A stretch of DNA of 63,702 bases, the filler included, from Nemertoderma westbladi (Eukaryota; Animalia; Xenacoelomorpha), in NCBI GenBank assembly GCA_032718475.1. It is 4 parts of 4 records of this genome, joined end to end, with 100 filler letters (N's around TTAATTAATTAA, not from the genome) between each part and the next. Parts side by side here need not be neighbours in the genome. Positions count along the whole stretch, not along the records: positions 46,781 to 53,749 come from JAUCBJ010002318.1; positions 53,850 to 63,702 come from JAUCBJ010000996.1; 2 more parts are not named here. One strand, written 5' to 3'. A model generated the notes under the pieces. That model had not been told where the DNA came from. It was given only the letters and a program-made list of their open reading frames with translations, and did no database searches. Position numbers and translations under genes: made by a program. Positions 49,794 through 62,471 of this stretch are shown here, in pieces. Positions within the stretch are counted from its first letter, which is position 1. Every line of letters begins with the position of its first letter.

Positions 49794-50172
49794 TTAAGCA
49801 AAAGGGTCCCGAATGAGTTTTTTAACCTTTATTTTTTGTGATTTTGTGTGCTTTTTTTATATTAGTGAATGTTCTAGAACCTTAGTAGATTTTTTATGGT
49901 ATATAGCTAGTATTTTTTACTAGCTAGTAATTTTTGGAAATTATTTTGGTCATTAAAGATATTCTTCAACAGTTTAACCTGAAATGGACTTTCACATTTT
50001 TTATAATTTCAAAAAATACTAGCTAGCAAAAAAACACTAGCTATCATAAAAAACATATCTACTAATGTTGTAGAACTTTCACCAATAACCAAAAAAATGA
50101 AAAACTCTAAAAAAGGATTGGTGAAAAATGGCTGGGGTGTCGACAGGGCGAAGTAGGGACCGTGTTGCTTAA
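49794..50172. mobile_element. Short TTAA-flanked TIR element
   Basis: TTAAGCAAAAGGGTCCC ... GGGACCGTGTTGCTTAA, with internal inverted TACTAGCTAG blocks. A piggyBac-like ttaaCCCCTTAG end abuts it. Confidence 0.55.
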
Positions 50173-50414
50173 CCCCTTAGAGCGTATGACGTCCACTGCA
50201 CGTCACCATGGACAGCACGAAGACATGCAGTGGACGTCATGCTGGAATACATGTTTTATTGGAAGGCTCTTGGAGTAGGTATACTGGTGGATAGTATTAA
50301 TGACATTTATTGCTCTTCATGGCAAAAAATCCATTCTGTACTGTAGATAGGCTGTATTGTAGACTGTATTATTAGTGTTAGGTATATGGCGTAATGCCAA
50401 CCACAGTACAGTAG

Positions 50415-51240
50415 TTCAGACTGACAGAGAGACCGACAGACAGACTAGATTTATGTAAACGTGTAAACTGACATCAGAAATGAAATCAGCAACCCTTAAA
50501 ACCCCCATAGCGAGAATGTTGGTTAGTTAGTATACTTTCTTAAGTTTTCACAGACTGACTGACAGAAAGACCGACAGCCAGACAGACTAGATTTTTTTAA
50601 ACGTGAAATCTGACATCTGAAATAAAATTCGCACCCATTAAATCCCCCATAACGAGAATGTTAGTTAGTTTGTATTCTTTTTTAAGTTTTCACAGACTGA
50701 CTGACTGACAGAAAGACCGACAAACAGACAGACTAGATTTATGTAAACCTGAAAACTGACATCAGAAATGAAATCAGCAACCCTTAAAACCCCCATAGCG
50801 AGAATGTTGGTTAGTTAGTATACTTTCTTAAGTTTTCACAGACTGACTGACAGAAAGACCGACAGCCAGACAGACTAGATTTTTTTAAACGTGAAATCTG
50901 ACATCTGAAATAAAATTAGCACCCATTAAAACCCCCATAACGAGAATGTTAGTTAGTTTGTATTCTTTTTTAAGTTTTGACAGACTGACTGACTGACAGG
51001 AATACCGACAAACAGACAGACTAGATTTATGTAAACCTGAAAACTGACATCAGAATTGAAATCAGCATCCCTTAAAACCCCCATAGCGATAATGTTAGTT
51101 AATTTGAATTCTCTTTTATGTTTTGACAGACTAACTGACAGAATGACCGACAGACAGACAGACCAGATTATGTAAACGTGAAAACTGACATCAGAAATGT
51201 AATCAGCACTCTTTAAAACCCCCATAGCGAGAATGTTAGC
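50415..51240 (+). repeat. Tandem array of ~135-150-bp units (~6 copies, with a dimeric higher-order repeat)
   Basis: GACAGACTAGATTT...AAACTGACATCAGAAATGAAATCAGCACCCTTAAAACCCCCATAGCGAGAATG. The same module occurs once at ~21300-21400. Confidence 0.9.
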
Positions 51241-53164
51241 GACAAGTTTTAATTATTAACCATATTTCGTAAGATATATTTTAAAACATTTATTTATTAA
51301 TAATGCAATAACTGAATAATCAGATAACGGAAAGACAAACCGAATTGAAACTTTTAATTACTAATAATAATTGTGGTGAGAGGTGATGGAAATCAAGGAT
51401 ATATGTTGTTATGTTATGGAGCACGCGTTGGTTGGCACAGGCAAATGAATTGATGTCTGTTGAGATGTATTGAAGGATCACTATTCCTTCTCTACTGGAC
51501 TACTATGTCCTTGTGTACTAGCCTAGGCACTGGCTTGGTCAATGACTTTAGCTTGCCATGTTAGTAATGTAGAACTTAAAGAAATATTATTGGGCACGGC
51601 TGCCCTTGCCATGCCTTAGGCTCTATGGGGGAGAATGGAATCAGGGTATGAATTTACAATGTTAATTATGTTTAAATCCATTAAAAATACATTTATTAAC
51701 GCAAATCACTTGAAAAAATATAAAAGTATAATGGAATGGGGTACATGGATTCCAGATATCTAATTTCTGTGCAAAATAACTTTAATCGTATGGTGCTAAA
51801 CAATTAATTTTCATGGAGAGACCGTTCAAAATGACTCAACCATACAATTTAGCTGAAGATATTAACTTCGATTATGGCTTCCGACATTTATGGCTTCCGA
51901 CACACACACACACACCCACCTATACGGGCATATGGTGTAAAACGAGGACTTCCGTATATCATCTACAAACCGAGGACTATCAATTCTTTTCTTTATCTCG
52001 TTTTCGTAAAACTAATTTAAAAAAACACCTTCACTTTTCAATAAACGGTACGAGATGGGTTCAACACACTTTGAATATAATAGTTGAAAGTGTAAATTTG
52101 TTCACGCGTATTTCACAGGGGCACCGAGGACATGGAACATACACAATATACACATGTGTGTGAGAGGTCCTCGGTTCTACTTAACTTCAGGTGAAACTTA
52201 TACTGTACTATTATGGCCCTGACAGGAACAAAAAATATGTTTAATATCATATGATCCATTATTAATTAATTATTTATATACCTTATCTGCTTCATTTAAG
52301 ATCAACATTTAAACAATTATTGAATAATATTATATGTTTACATAATTTATTTTAATTTGTATGTCTGGAATATTCAAACCATTCAATCCTAATGCTGAGC
52401 TGCCTGTATTCAATCCCATTATCGGCGCTGTATGTGGGAGGGAGCCTGGCGCATGTGTTGTGGGGCGAGCTACTGTACGAAGTAAGAGAGCCTTAGGGCC
52501 CGTAGGGGTACCATGAAATCAACCTGTCGGTCTGTCCATCTGTCTCTCTGTCGCTCTGTCTCTCTGTCGCGCTAATATTTGAACGTTAATAACTCGATCA
52601 CACCTCGATGAAATGTAACCAAACTTGGTACACATGTAGTTGGGCACATATCTAAATATTTTCCAAGTTGAATTTTCGTGGGGCCTTCGTAAAGCATCAG
52701 TGTCAGTTAATTAAGTAATTATACTAATTACAGTCAAATGGAGCTTGGAAATTAATAATTTACATTTTTTACTGCAAAAATGGCTTAGTTTAACGGGGAA
52801 ATTAATTATTTTCGGCGCCTGAAATATATTTTATCTGCACAAAAATCATAGTTAGAATCCTTAACATCTTGGCACCTACTATTAAAAAAAAATTTAATCA
52901 ATTTACATTAAGAAATACGTTTAAAATTGGAAAAACTACATTTAAGTCTATTCTTCACAAGCAGGATGGTTCACTTTGTATATAAGGTATTAGGGCAGGG
53001 TTATCTTGCCAGCTTGGCCACACAGAGCAATTAGTAGTATACTTACAACCAACCACCTAATAATTATAGGAACCTAATAATTAATTGCTAGCTGCTGCTT
53101 GCCTTTCACATACCCCAGCTCTTCATTCCTTCGTGCACGCACGGTCAAGCCGGCATTTAATAAT

Positions 53165-53390
53165 GTAGTTTTGGGACTTCGAGCAGCACGTGAACAACTA
53201 AGCTAACTTACTATTACTAAACCATCTCGTTTGAGACTTCGCGCAGCACGTGAACAACTAACTTAACTGGTTATGTAGTTTCGGACTTCGAGCAGTACAT
53301 GAACAACTAAGCTAGAACTGCTTATTTAGTTTAGGACTTCGCGCAGCACGTGAACAATTAACTTAACTGGTTATGTAGTTTGGGACTTTT
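53165..53390 (+). repeat. Degenerate ~50-60-bp repeats
   Basis: GACTTCG(A/C)GCAGCACGTGAACAACTAA repeated about 4 times. Confidence 0.75.
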
Positions 53391-53749
53391 AGTAGTATTT
53401 TTTACTTTTACTTTACATTTTTACTTTTAGTAGACTTTTAGTCGTTTTTGGTTATGTAGTTTGGGATTTTTTTAATAGTTCAGTGAATTCGGGAATTCTG
53501 TTAAAATATATTGTCCGGAAGTTTTACGATAATTTGTGCAAAAATCATTGTAGGGCAAATAAATTGTCCCCAAAAATTTACAAGTACGGTAAACTTTAAT
53601 GTGGGAAGTTATATTATATTGTTAAATGTTTAGGAAATTTCTCAAGATTTGTTGTAATACTCCTTTTTAGAGTTTGGTCAGTTGTCATTTATTGCCTTAC
53701 CGGGTTTCTGTGCTGTTTACAGTAGGCCTACATATCTACAGTACTGTAC

Positions 53750-53849
53750 NNNNNNNNNNNNNNNNNNNNNNNNNNNNNNNNNNNNNNNNNNNNTTAATTA
53801 ATTAANNNNNNNNNNNNNNNNNNNNNNNNNNNNNNNNNNNNNNNNNNNN
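53750..53849. other. Artificial contig spacer
   Basis: N-TTAATTAATTAA-N. Confidence 0.97.
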
Positions 53850-56045
53850 TGTATGGTAGGCCTACTATTTATAAATCGTTAGATTTGATTTATAATATAT
53901 ATATACCCGTTTTAATGGGTTTTGTCAATGTTTGAAATAAATGTTATTATTTCTGGGGAGTAATCACTACACAAAGCGGTGCGCTTTCAGTGAAGTGTTA
54001 CTTATAGACACTAAAACAAATATTACTAATTTACCTAAGTTACTTAATACTACAAATTACGTACAATTCGGGTGAGATTACAATCTCTAAATAAATGCAA
54101 AAATTTACAAAAAACACAAAATACGAATTTTTAGGGTAATTTTACAAGAAGTCTACAAACCAGCCTAACAAAGGGTTAGAAAACTGGTTATTACAACGGA
54201 CAGGGTACTGCGGTATTTGAAAATAATACGTAGTAGTAAATACACTGCGTTGTCCAGATAGAAAAATACCACCGCCTGACGACCTATAGCCGTATCGCTA
54301 TAGGTTCTACGTTATGTATCACGGAGGGTTCCTACCTAGAAGTTAATAGAGCTAATCGAATGTGCCTATCAACCACTTTACAACACAAATATAATGCCTA
54401 CACTAATTATTCTCGGAAAGCACTGTACACTAAACCCTAAATTAGGTACGAGTACTTGTACAACAGATAATCAGTAATTAAATATACTTGAACAGCTAAA
54501 AGAACCACGGCATCTGCTGGAGTGACCGATGCACAAAATCACCAGTCTTTACCTACGCCAAGCAGCCCGTGTAGTACCGAGGTTAATTTAACTATCGCGG
54601 TATGTATAACAAACACAATTACTGTAGGAACAAACTTGGGGACTTGAATGTTGCGAATAATCGCATAAACTCTGAATAATAAATATTACGCTACGCGTAC
54701 AAACCACTCAAACAAAAATGCAGACTAAATACTGACAGACTACTATCAAGCCTAAATAAACTACAGGACATGCAGACTCCGAAATAGTTAGGTAGTATGC
54801 GTTCTAACCCAGTAGTACGACTTATTCTTTAATTGGGGGTTTACTTTACAGCAATGGCTTTTTATCGGACAAGGGCTCTACACACACTGCAATCCGTTCA
54901 GACCTAATAACAGACAGACAACTATCCAGCCTACAAATTATCTAAATGATATTATACGCTACCTGTACAGACTACACAAACAAAAACACAAACAAAGTAC
55001 AGACCAAACGATGGCAGACTACTCTCAAGCCTAAATAAACGACAGGACATGCAGACTCCGAAATAGTTAGGTAGTATGCGTTCTAACCCAGTAGTACGAC
55101 TTATTCTTTAATTGGGGGTTTACTTTACAGCAATGGCTACCCCAACTTCCCAACCGTTCTTTATCGGACAGGTGACCTACACACACTGCAATCCGTTCAG
55201 ACTTAACAGCAATCAGACAACAGCTCAGCCTACAACTTGTCTGTACAATATGATCAGGCTTACACGCCTTCTGTTCAATACTGGCCTACAAACAAATAAA
55301 ACTTGACAGAAATAAGTAAAAGTCTCAATAAAAAACCAGGGCGGGCCCTCCCTGATTAATTATTAAGGCCTACCGGTATATAATTATCAAAATCGAATAA
55401 TACTGCTGTAGGTACCGGTCCGGATGATCAGGCAGTCAGGCCTACTGGTTACCGGTCGACCGGTACTTTCGACCTTATTGCTTACTGCAATAAAGAAGCT
55501 ATATCCGTTATTGTTCGCGCTTTCAGACCTTTGGCAGTTTAACCCGCCAAATTAGGATGTCTGTTAGATAATAAATCACTTTAGCCGATGACAAATATTT
55601 GATTCACTACACTAGTCGAAACCAATCTGTGCGCGATCATTCACCCGCTGGATAATTCCCGGGAGATTGGGTTCGACGGCTTAATTTTATTGCTATGTAA
55701 GCTTAATGTATTATTCGACTGACAGTATTATATAATCTCTGACAATATTATTCACCTTCGGGAATATTAACAGTTCCTTTAGGACGTGGCGCTTTATTTA
55801 TATAAACAGAGTTATGACTTAAACTACTCACAACGATATGGCTTAATTATAATTCACATATATGGCACATTCTTTAGGAAATGCTTCGTTATCAGTATCA
55901 CTCGCACACAATGCTGCACAATACTGCACACTGATCTGCCGATCTTCACTGATTTTAGTTACATATAAAAGGAACACGGACTGACTCATGTAGGGGCTAT
56001 CAAATAACATTAGATTCACTTCAAACCACTTTAACATAAGTCACA
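53850..56045 (-). mobile_element. Second, diverged copy of the BEL/Pao 5' LTR and leader
   Basis: Collinear with ~9890-12280, including the internal duplication. The minus strand starts TGTGACTTATG at 56045. Confidence 0.85.
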
Positions 56046-56052
56046 ATCGTTA

Positions 56053-56669
56053 TGTATAACCTTTCTCTCTTACCTTCAGTATATCAAGAATATTGGGTTT
56101 TCGGGGTTATTTATCGTTATTCCAAATATAATAATTCATCAACCAAATTATGAAGTACAGACAGCAAATAGCAATATAACAATATAAAGTATGCACAGTG
56201 TTACACAGTATGCAGTGTATGCAGTACTGCAGTATGCATTGATTGCATTGAGTTAGGTTAGTCAAGTTAGATAACGGATATATGTCCTTATGATTAAGCC
56301 TACTAGTGTACGGCTAAAACAGTAAAGCACAAAATACTTCCAAGCCGTTCTCTCTTTGGCTCAGGACTGAATGAAAACACTGCACATAGGCATTGCGTCA
56401 TTTCTCGGAAATTTTCTGTACAAGGAGCCACAAAAACGCTCTAATTGGCTGACTGAACTGAGAGACGCCGTAGAACAAAGGAAATCAACACGTATGAATG
56501 TCAGCTGTTAACCGTAGTCATAGTAACTACTGTTCAAGAGTAGCTATCACCCCTTTGCGTCACGAATTGCCATAGAATCATAAAATATGCCTTTCACAGT
56601 ACACATACGGAGGAAATAGGTCTTAGATCCTCTAAAAACACCGATACAGCAATAATACGGTCTCTTACA
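56053..56669 (-). repeat. Possible solo LTR
   Basis: TGTA...TACA termini on both strands and LTR-like length. The TSD is imperfect (gtta/ctta). Confidence 0.3.
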
Positions 56670-56847
56670 CTTATTAAATCAACTACAGAGTATTTTAATG
56701 TAAAAGATAATAAAAATAACGGGGCAATTCAGCAAAGGCTTTTACAGTTGGGTTTGAGTAAACCAGACAGGTTTGAGTTAGTAAGAGTGAGGTAAGAGAA
56801 AAGGTACCCAGTTTGAGAAACGGTATCTAAAATGAGATAGGGACTGT

Positions 56848-58467
56848 ACTGTAAGTCTGTAATACGCCATAGACAGTGCAGCCGTAATACGTCATTGAAT
56901 ATCAAACTACTGTAAGTCTGTAGTACGCCATAGACAGTGCAGCCGTAATGAGTCATTGAATATCAACCTACTGTAAGTCTGTAGTCCGCCAGAGACAGTG
57001 CAGCCGTAATAAGTCATTGAATATCAAACTACTGTAAGTCTGTAGTACGCCATAGGCAGTGCAGCCGTAATAAGTCATTGAATATCAAACTACTGTAAGT
57101 CTGTAGTACGCCATAGACAGTGCAGCCGTAATAAGTCATTGAATATCAACCTACTGTAAGTCTGTAGTACGCCATAGACAGTGCAGCCGTAATAAGTCAT
57201 TGAATATCAAACTACTGTAAGTTTGTAGTACGCCATAGACAGTGCAGCCGTAATAAGTCATTGAATATCAACCTACTGTAAGTCTGTAGTACGCCAGAGA
57301 CAGTGCAGACGTAATAAGTCATTAAATATCAAACTACTGTAAGTCTGTATTCCGCCATAGGCAGTGCAGCCGTAATAAGTCATTTAATATCAAACTACTG
57401 TAAGTCTGTAGTACGCCATAGACAGTGCAGCCGTAATAAGTCATTGAATATCAACCTACCGTAAGTATGAAGTACGCCATAGACAGTGCAGCCGTAATAA
57501 GTCATTGAATATCAAACTACTGTAAGTTTGTAGCACGTCATAGACAGTGCAGCCGTAATAAGTCATTGAATATCAACCTACTGTAAGTCTGTAGTACGCC
57601 AGAGACAGTGCAGCCGTAATAAGTCATTGAATATCAAACTACTGTAAGTCTGTAGTCCGCCAGAGGCAGTGCAGCCGTAATAAGTCATTGAATATCAACC
57701 TACTGTAAGTCTGTAGTACGCCAGAGACAGTGCAGCCGTAATAAGTCATTGAATATCAACCTACTGTAAGTATGAAGTACGCCATAGACAGTGCAGCCGT
57801 AATAAGTCATTGAATATCAAACTACTGTAAGTTTGTAGTACGTCATAGACAGTGCAGCCGTAATAAGTCATTGAATATCAACCTACTGTAAGTCTGTAGT
57901 ACGCCAGAGACAGTGCAGCCGTAATAAGTCATTGAATATCAAACTACTGTAAGTCTGTAGTCCGCCAGAGGCAGTGCAGCCGTAATAAGTCATTGAATAT
58001 CAACCTACTGTAAGTCTGTAGTACGCCAGAGACAGTGCAGCCGTAATAAGTCATTGAATATCAACCTACTGTAAGTCTGTAGTACGCCAGAGACAGTGCA
58101 GCCGTAATAAGTCATTGAATATCAACCTACTGTAAGTCTGTAGTACGCCAGAGACAGTGCAGCCGTAATAAGTCATTGAATATCAACCTACTGTAAGTCT
58201 GTAGTACGCCAGAGACAGTGCAGCCGTAATAAGTCATTGAATATCAACCTACTGTAAGTCTGTAGTACGCCAGAAACAGTGCAGCCGTAATAAGTCATTG
58301 AATATCAAACTACTGTAAGTCTGTAGTCCGCCAGAGGCAGTGCAGCCGTAATAAGTCATTGAATATCAACCTACTGTAAGTCTGTAGTACGCCAGAGATA
58401 GTGCAGCCGTAATAAGTCATTGAATATCAACCTACTGTAAGTCTGTAGTACGCCAGAGACTCTGTAG
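56848..58467 (+). repeat. 61-bp satellite, ~26 copies
   Basis: Unit CTACTGTAAGTCTGTAGTACGCCAGAGACAGTGCAGCCGTAATAAGTCATTGAATATCAAC. Confidence 0.97.
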
Positions 58468-59466
58468 TTATTATTATTGTTTATTTCAGGCTATACGGCC
58501 CATAGTAAAATATATATACAGTATATATACACTAACACAACTGATACAAGACTTATTAGTAATATAATTAAATAGCACATATTATTATCCTAACTAAATA
58601 TTCTACTGTATTGATGACAGAAATTAAATGTAGTACTTAAAATATCGTTATTGGATTTAGATACTCTTCTCTCGAGACTACCCAGAGACGCATGATGAAT
58701 GTGTACGAACATTGGTAGGTTGAGCCTACCAAATGTGAATGACATGCTCGTCGGTTCATCATTAGTCATTCTAGGGACATTAAATAATAAACGAACAGCA
58801 TTGTTATATGCAACCGATAGCTTATTAAACACTGCACCAGTATAATTACGCCGTGCCCACAATGCATTACAATACACTGGAGTTATGTAAGCTTTAAATA
58901 AGCACTTTTCAACATTATCTGAGCATCTTCCAAATTTTCTAACGAGCATATTCGCCCTAGCGTATATCGAGCACGTCTGTGATTTAATATCAAAGTCATA
59001 CTACAATGCAACCAGTGTCCTAGGTACTTGAATTTTTCTACTATGTCGATTGGTCTGTTATATAGATAGACCCTACCTACTTCCAAACCTTTGCAACATT
59101 GAGGCACATAATATAAACATTTAGTCTTTACTGTATTAAACAAAATTGAATTAGCATTTGCAAAAGATACTGCCTTATTAATTAGTATTTGCAGGCCTAT
59201 CATTGAGTTTGACAATAAGCACAAATCATCTGCGTACATGATATGGTTTATACGTAAACCTCCTAAACAACAACCTACACACGTGTCAGTGAGTTGTTTA
59301 CTTAAACCGTCAACGTATACAATAAATAATGTCGGGCTTAATAAACCACCCTGGCGGGTACCGTTAGATACCGTAAACGTTGAGGATTTATTTCCATCCC
59401 AATTGACACACATTTGCTGCGTCCTATACCAAAAAGCTAACAACCGTACAATATATACCGGGAAAC
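58468..59466 (-). mobile_element. 5'-truncated LINE (RTE-X-like RT C-terminus) inserted in the satellite
   Basis: NGTRQGGLLSPTLF, HIMYADDLCLL, FKYLGH, LFKAYITPVY and VAYNNAVRLLF, with a frameshift. AATAAA and (TAA)n tail at ~58468-58486. Confidence 0.85.
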
Positions 59467-60066
59467 ATCAACCTACTGTAAGTCTGTAGTCCGCCAGAGG
59501 CAGTGCAGCCGTTAAGTCATTGAATATCAACCTACTGTAAGTTTGTAGTACGTCAGAGACAGTGCAGTCGTAATAAGTCATTGAATATCAACCTACTGTA
59601 AGTCTGTAGTACGCCAAGACAGTGCAGCCGTAATAAGTCATTGAATATCAACCTACTGTAAGTCTGTAGTACGTCAGAGACAGTGCAGCCGTAATAAGTC
59701 ATTGAATATCAACCTACTGTAAGTCTGTAGTACGTCAGAGACAGTGCAGCCGTAATAAGTCATTGAATATCAACCTACTGTAAGTCTGTAGTACGCCAGA
59801 GACAGTGCAGCCGTAATAAGTCATTGAATATCAACCTACTGTAAGTCTGTGGTACGCCAAGACAGTGCAGCCGTAATAAGTCATTGAATATCAACCTACT
59901 GTAAGTCTGTAGTACGTCAGAGACAGTGCAGCCGTAATAAGTCATTGAATATCAACCTACTGTAAGTCTGTAGTACGCCAGAGACAGTGCAGCCGTAATA
60001 AGTCATTGAATATCAACCTACTGTAAGTCTGTGGTACGCCAGAGACAGTGGAGCCGAAATAAGTAA
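59467..60066 (+). repeat. 61-bp satellite, continuation (~10 copies)
   Basis: Same unit as 56848-58467. Confidence 0.97.
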
Positions 60067-60256
60067 TTGCTGATGAAATCAACGTCGAAACATTGGGAAT
60101 GCCAGTATAGTACAGTAGTATATCAAAGCATAGTGGGGCTCATGAAACATAATTATCTCAATGGCTTTAATTTTATACAAAATACAATATAATTAAATAG
60201 TAACATTAGCATATAAGAAACTTAGTTTTCGTTTTTATTTTTATTCAATTTTATTA

Positions 60257-60460
60257 TTTCGAAGTGTTGACATGGCTGTTTCGAAGTGTTGACATGGCTG
60301 TTTCGAAGTGTTGACATGGCTGTTTCGAAGTGTTGACATGGCTGCTTCGAAGTGTTGACATGGCTGTTTCGAAGTGTTGACATGGCTGTTTCGAAGTGTT
60401 GACATGGCTGCTTCGAAGTGTTGACATGGCTGTTTCGAAGTGTTGACATGGCTGCTTCGA
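60257..60460 (+). repeat. 22-bp minisatellite, ~9 copies
   Basis: Unit TTTCGAAGTGTTGACATGGCTG. Confidence 0.97.
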
Positions 60461-60764
60461 ATCAAATATTGCAGTATAATTGTCCTTGAGCACTCGGTTA
60501 AAATACTCATTCCAATTTGCAATAGTTTGGACTACCATATGTGTAGATATGAAATGTACCTAAAATAATTACTGTACAGTATTGCCGAGATATTTATGAA
60601 TAGGCCTACACACACATATACATTTGTACCCCAAATAATGACTGTATCTTTAAAACACAATTTACTTTCTAAAATGAATACTGATTATCAAAAAATAATA
60701 ATGAATTGTCTATTATTTGTAATAATCAAAAGGAATTTTGCACATTTGAGGAGTGCTGCACTAA

Positions 60765-62471
60765 TCAGTCGCTAGACTTTTTAAAAACTACAGACTTTGC
60801 TGAATCAACTACACCTACACCAGAAGCATTTTTGGAAAATGTTACAAACCTTGCTGGTAAAATTTCATTCCTGTTATTTTGAATATCCAATTTTCGTGAG
60901 CAGCTTCCCAATGTGATGGGACGAAAAATGCCTACAAAGGCGGTATTCAATTAATACAATATATTAAGAGTATCTTTATTTTCTGCAACAGAATAGTTTA
61001 ACTTGCTTAATTCAACTTTCCCTCCTAAAGCAGATCTATAAAAAATATCATAAAGATCTTCCGAAACATGGGATTTTCTCCAACCTAATTTGGTGACATG
61101 AAGATTGAATTTATCAGTCATGGGTAAAATATACTGAGGATCATCGAGGTAGTCCTCAATGGAAATATTACTCGGTTTCCTAGAATTTAATTCCTTAGAA
61201 GTAATATGTTGGACCCAGTCCCCTGTTGTGGCAGTAGCTAGCATTTCTTTGAAAATTCGTTTGCCATTCGAAGTAAAAATTCTGTCATGTCCTAAAGAGC
61301 AATGCACCATACTAACATGCCTCAATTTCTCATCAGATCCCTGTGTTTTTTCTTTTATTGCCACAACTTCATTACTATAAGAATCTACCAAAATTGAAGT
61401 CAACTTAGTTTTTTCTTGGTAAGTAAATCTATCTGGATATGTATGAAGCAAATATTCTATAATTGTTTCCAATATATTTGGGTAGAAACATCCGTCATTA
61501 GGCATGATATGTGCGTGCATTTTCTGTCCATCTATGTTTAATAGAGTTTTTTGTTTCAAGAAGGAATCATCAACCCAATGTACTTCAGTATCCAATTTGT
61601 TCCAAATCTCATATCCGTTCTTCAACTTTTCCAGATCATTAGAAAAGCAAAAGGCCAAACGCCCTTTTCTCTCTAAAATGGCTTTTCCTAAACTCTTTCT
61701 AATTAGAAGATCGATATAGCTTAAATTTTCCAATGAATGTCTCTGCAGATCGACCATCATTTTACTCGTAGGAGTAACATCTTTTCCGGCAAAAATTTTT
61801 TGTCTTAAAAACTCAAAGCCAAGTTTTGTGAATGTAGGTATTGCCTTAAGTGTGTTCAAATTAAATGATAATGGTATAGTAAGACTATCATAATCAGTGC
61901 TTTCGGGATTTCTAGAATCATAAATATTATATGAAAAAGCTCGTATCATATCGAATACACTATATACATCATATTGTGTAGGGTGTTCATGGGCTTGCAG
62001 GCCACTCCTATCTAAAATCGATAATTCGCCATCATGACAAAATACAACTTTAGTTGACGAATTGTTGTGAAGGATTTCAAATGCCTTTATTAAAGCATTT
62101 AAGCCTCCCGCGGTGTAGGCTACTTTTTTACCCTTTGGTATAGTTGTAGGCGGGGTATATAACAGTTCAACTGTATGAGGTTGTGGGAATTCCTTTTGAA
62201 AACATTTTACTCGCATTGTTGTCAATGTTTTTGCCAATTCATTATCAAGAATGTGCATTTTTGAAATGCTAAAATCTATTTCTGATATTAATTTCTTTGA
62301 TTTCTTGTAGCTTAATTTCTTTTCTTCTGACCAATCATCTGTAAAAATACACGAGTGACTGTAATGTTTTATAAAATACTGATCACCTGTTCTATTTAGT
62401 AATTTTATCTTGTGTTGTGCTGCCTTTTTTTGAAAAAAATTCGATGCCGTTCTACAAGTGATAATTGACAT
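60765..62471 (-). CDS. Intronless ORF (506 aa, plus 61 in-frame codons after one TAA); putative divergent FAD-dependent oxidoreductase (DAO/glycine-oxidase-like fold)
   Basis: Long open frame in AT-rich DNA with no TE motifs. Ordered DAO-like elements: KVAYTAGGLNALIKAFEIL..KVVF (degenerate Rossmann), SILDRSGLQAH, KGRLAF, MPNDGCFYP, TKLTSILVD..VVAI and VHCSLG. The function is an inference. Confidence 0.55.

Noticed and set aside
56848-60066. CRISPR-like array or spliced-leader RNA array (each unit contains GTAAGT)
   Set aside because: Units are contiguous with no unique spacers, there are no cas genes, and no Sm-binding site is visible. It is an ordinary satellite.
60068-60112. Hammerhead ribozyme core CTGATGA...GAAAC
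   Set aside because: Stem II does not pair convincingly, and no properly placed GUH closing stem III was found.
60222-60538. Repetitive peptides MSTLRNSHVNTSKQPCQHFETA
   Set aside because: They are translations of the 22-bp minisatellite, which is open in all three minus frames.
7278-60953. Alternative genetic code with TAA as a sense codon
   Set aside because: TAA is the normal terminator of several ORFs here (4818, 13793, 33798), and it occurs far too rarely in frame to be a sense codon.
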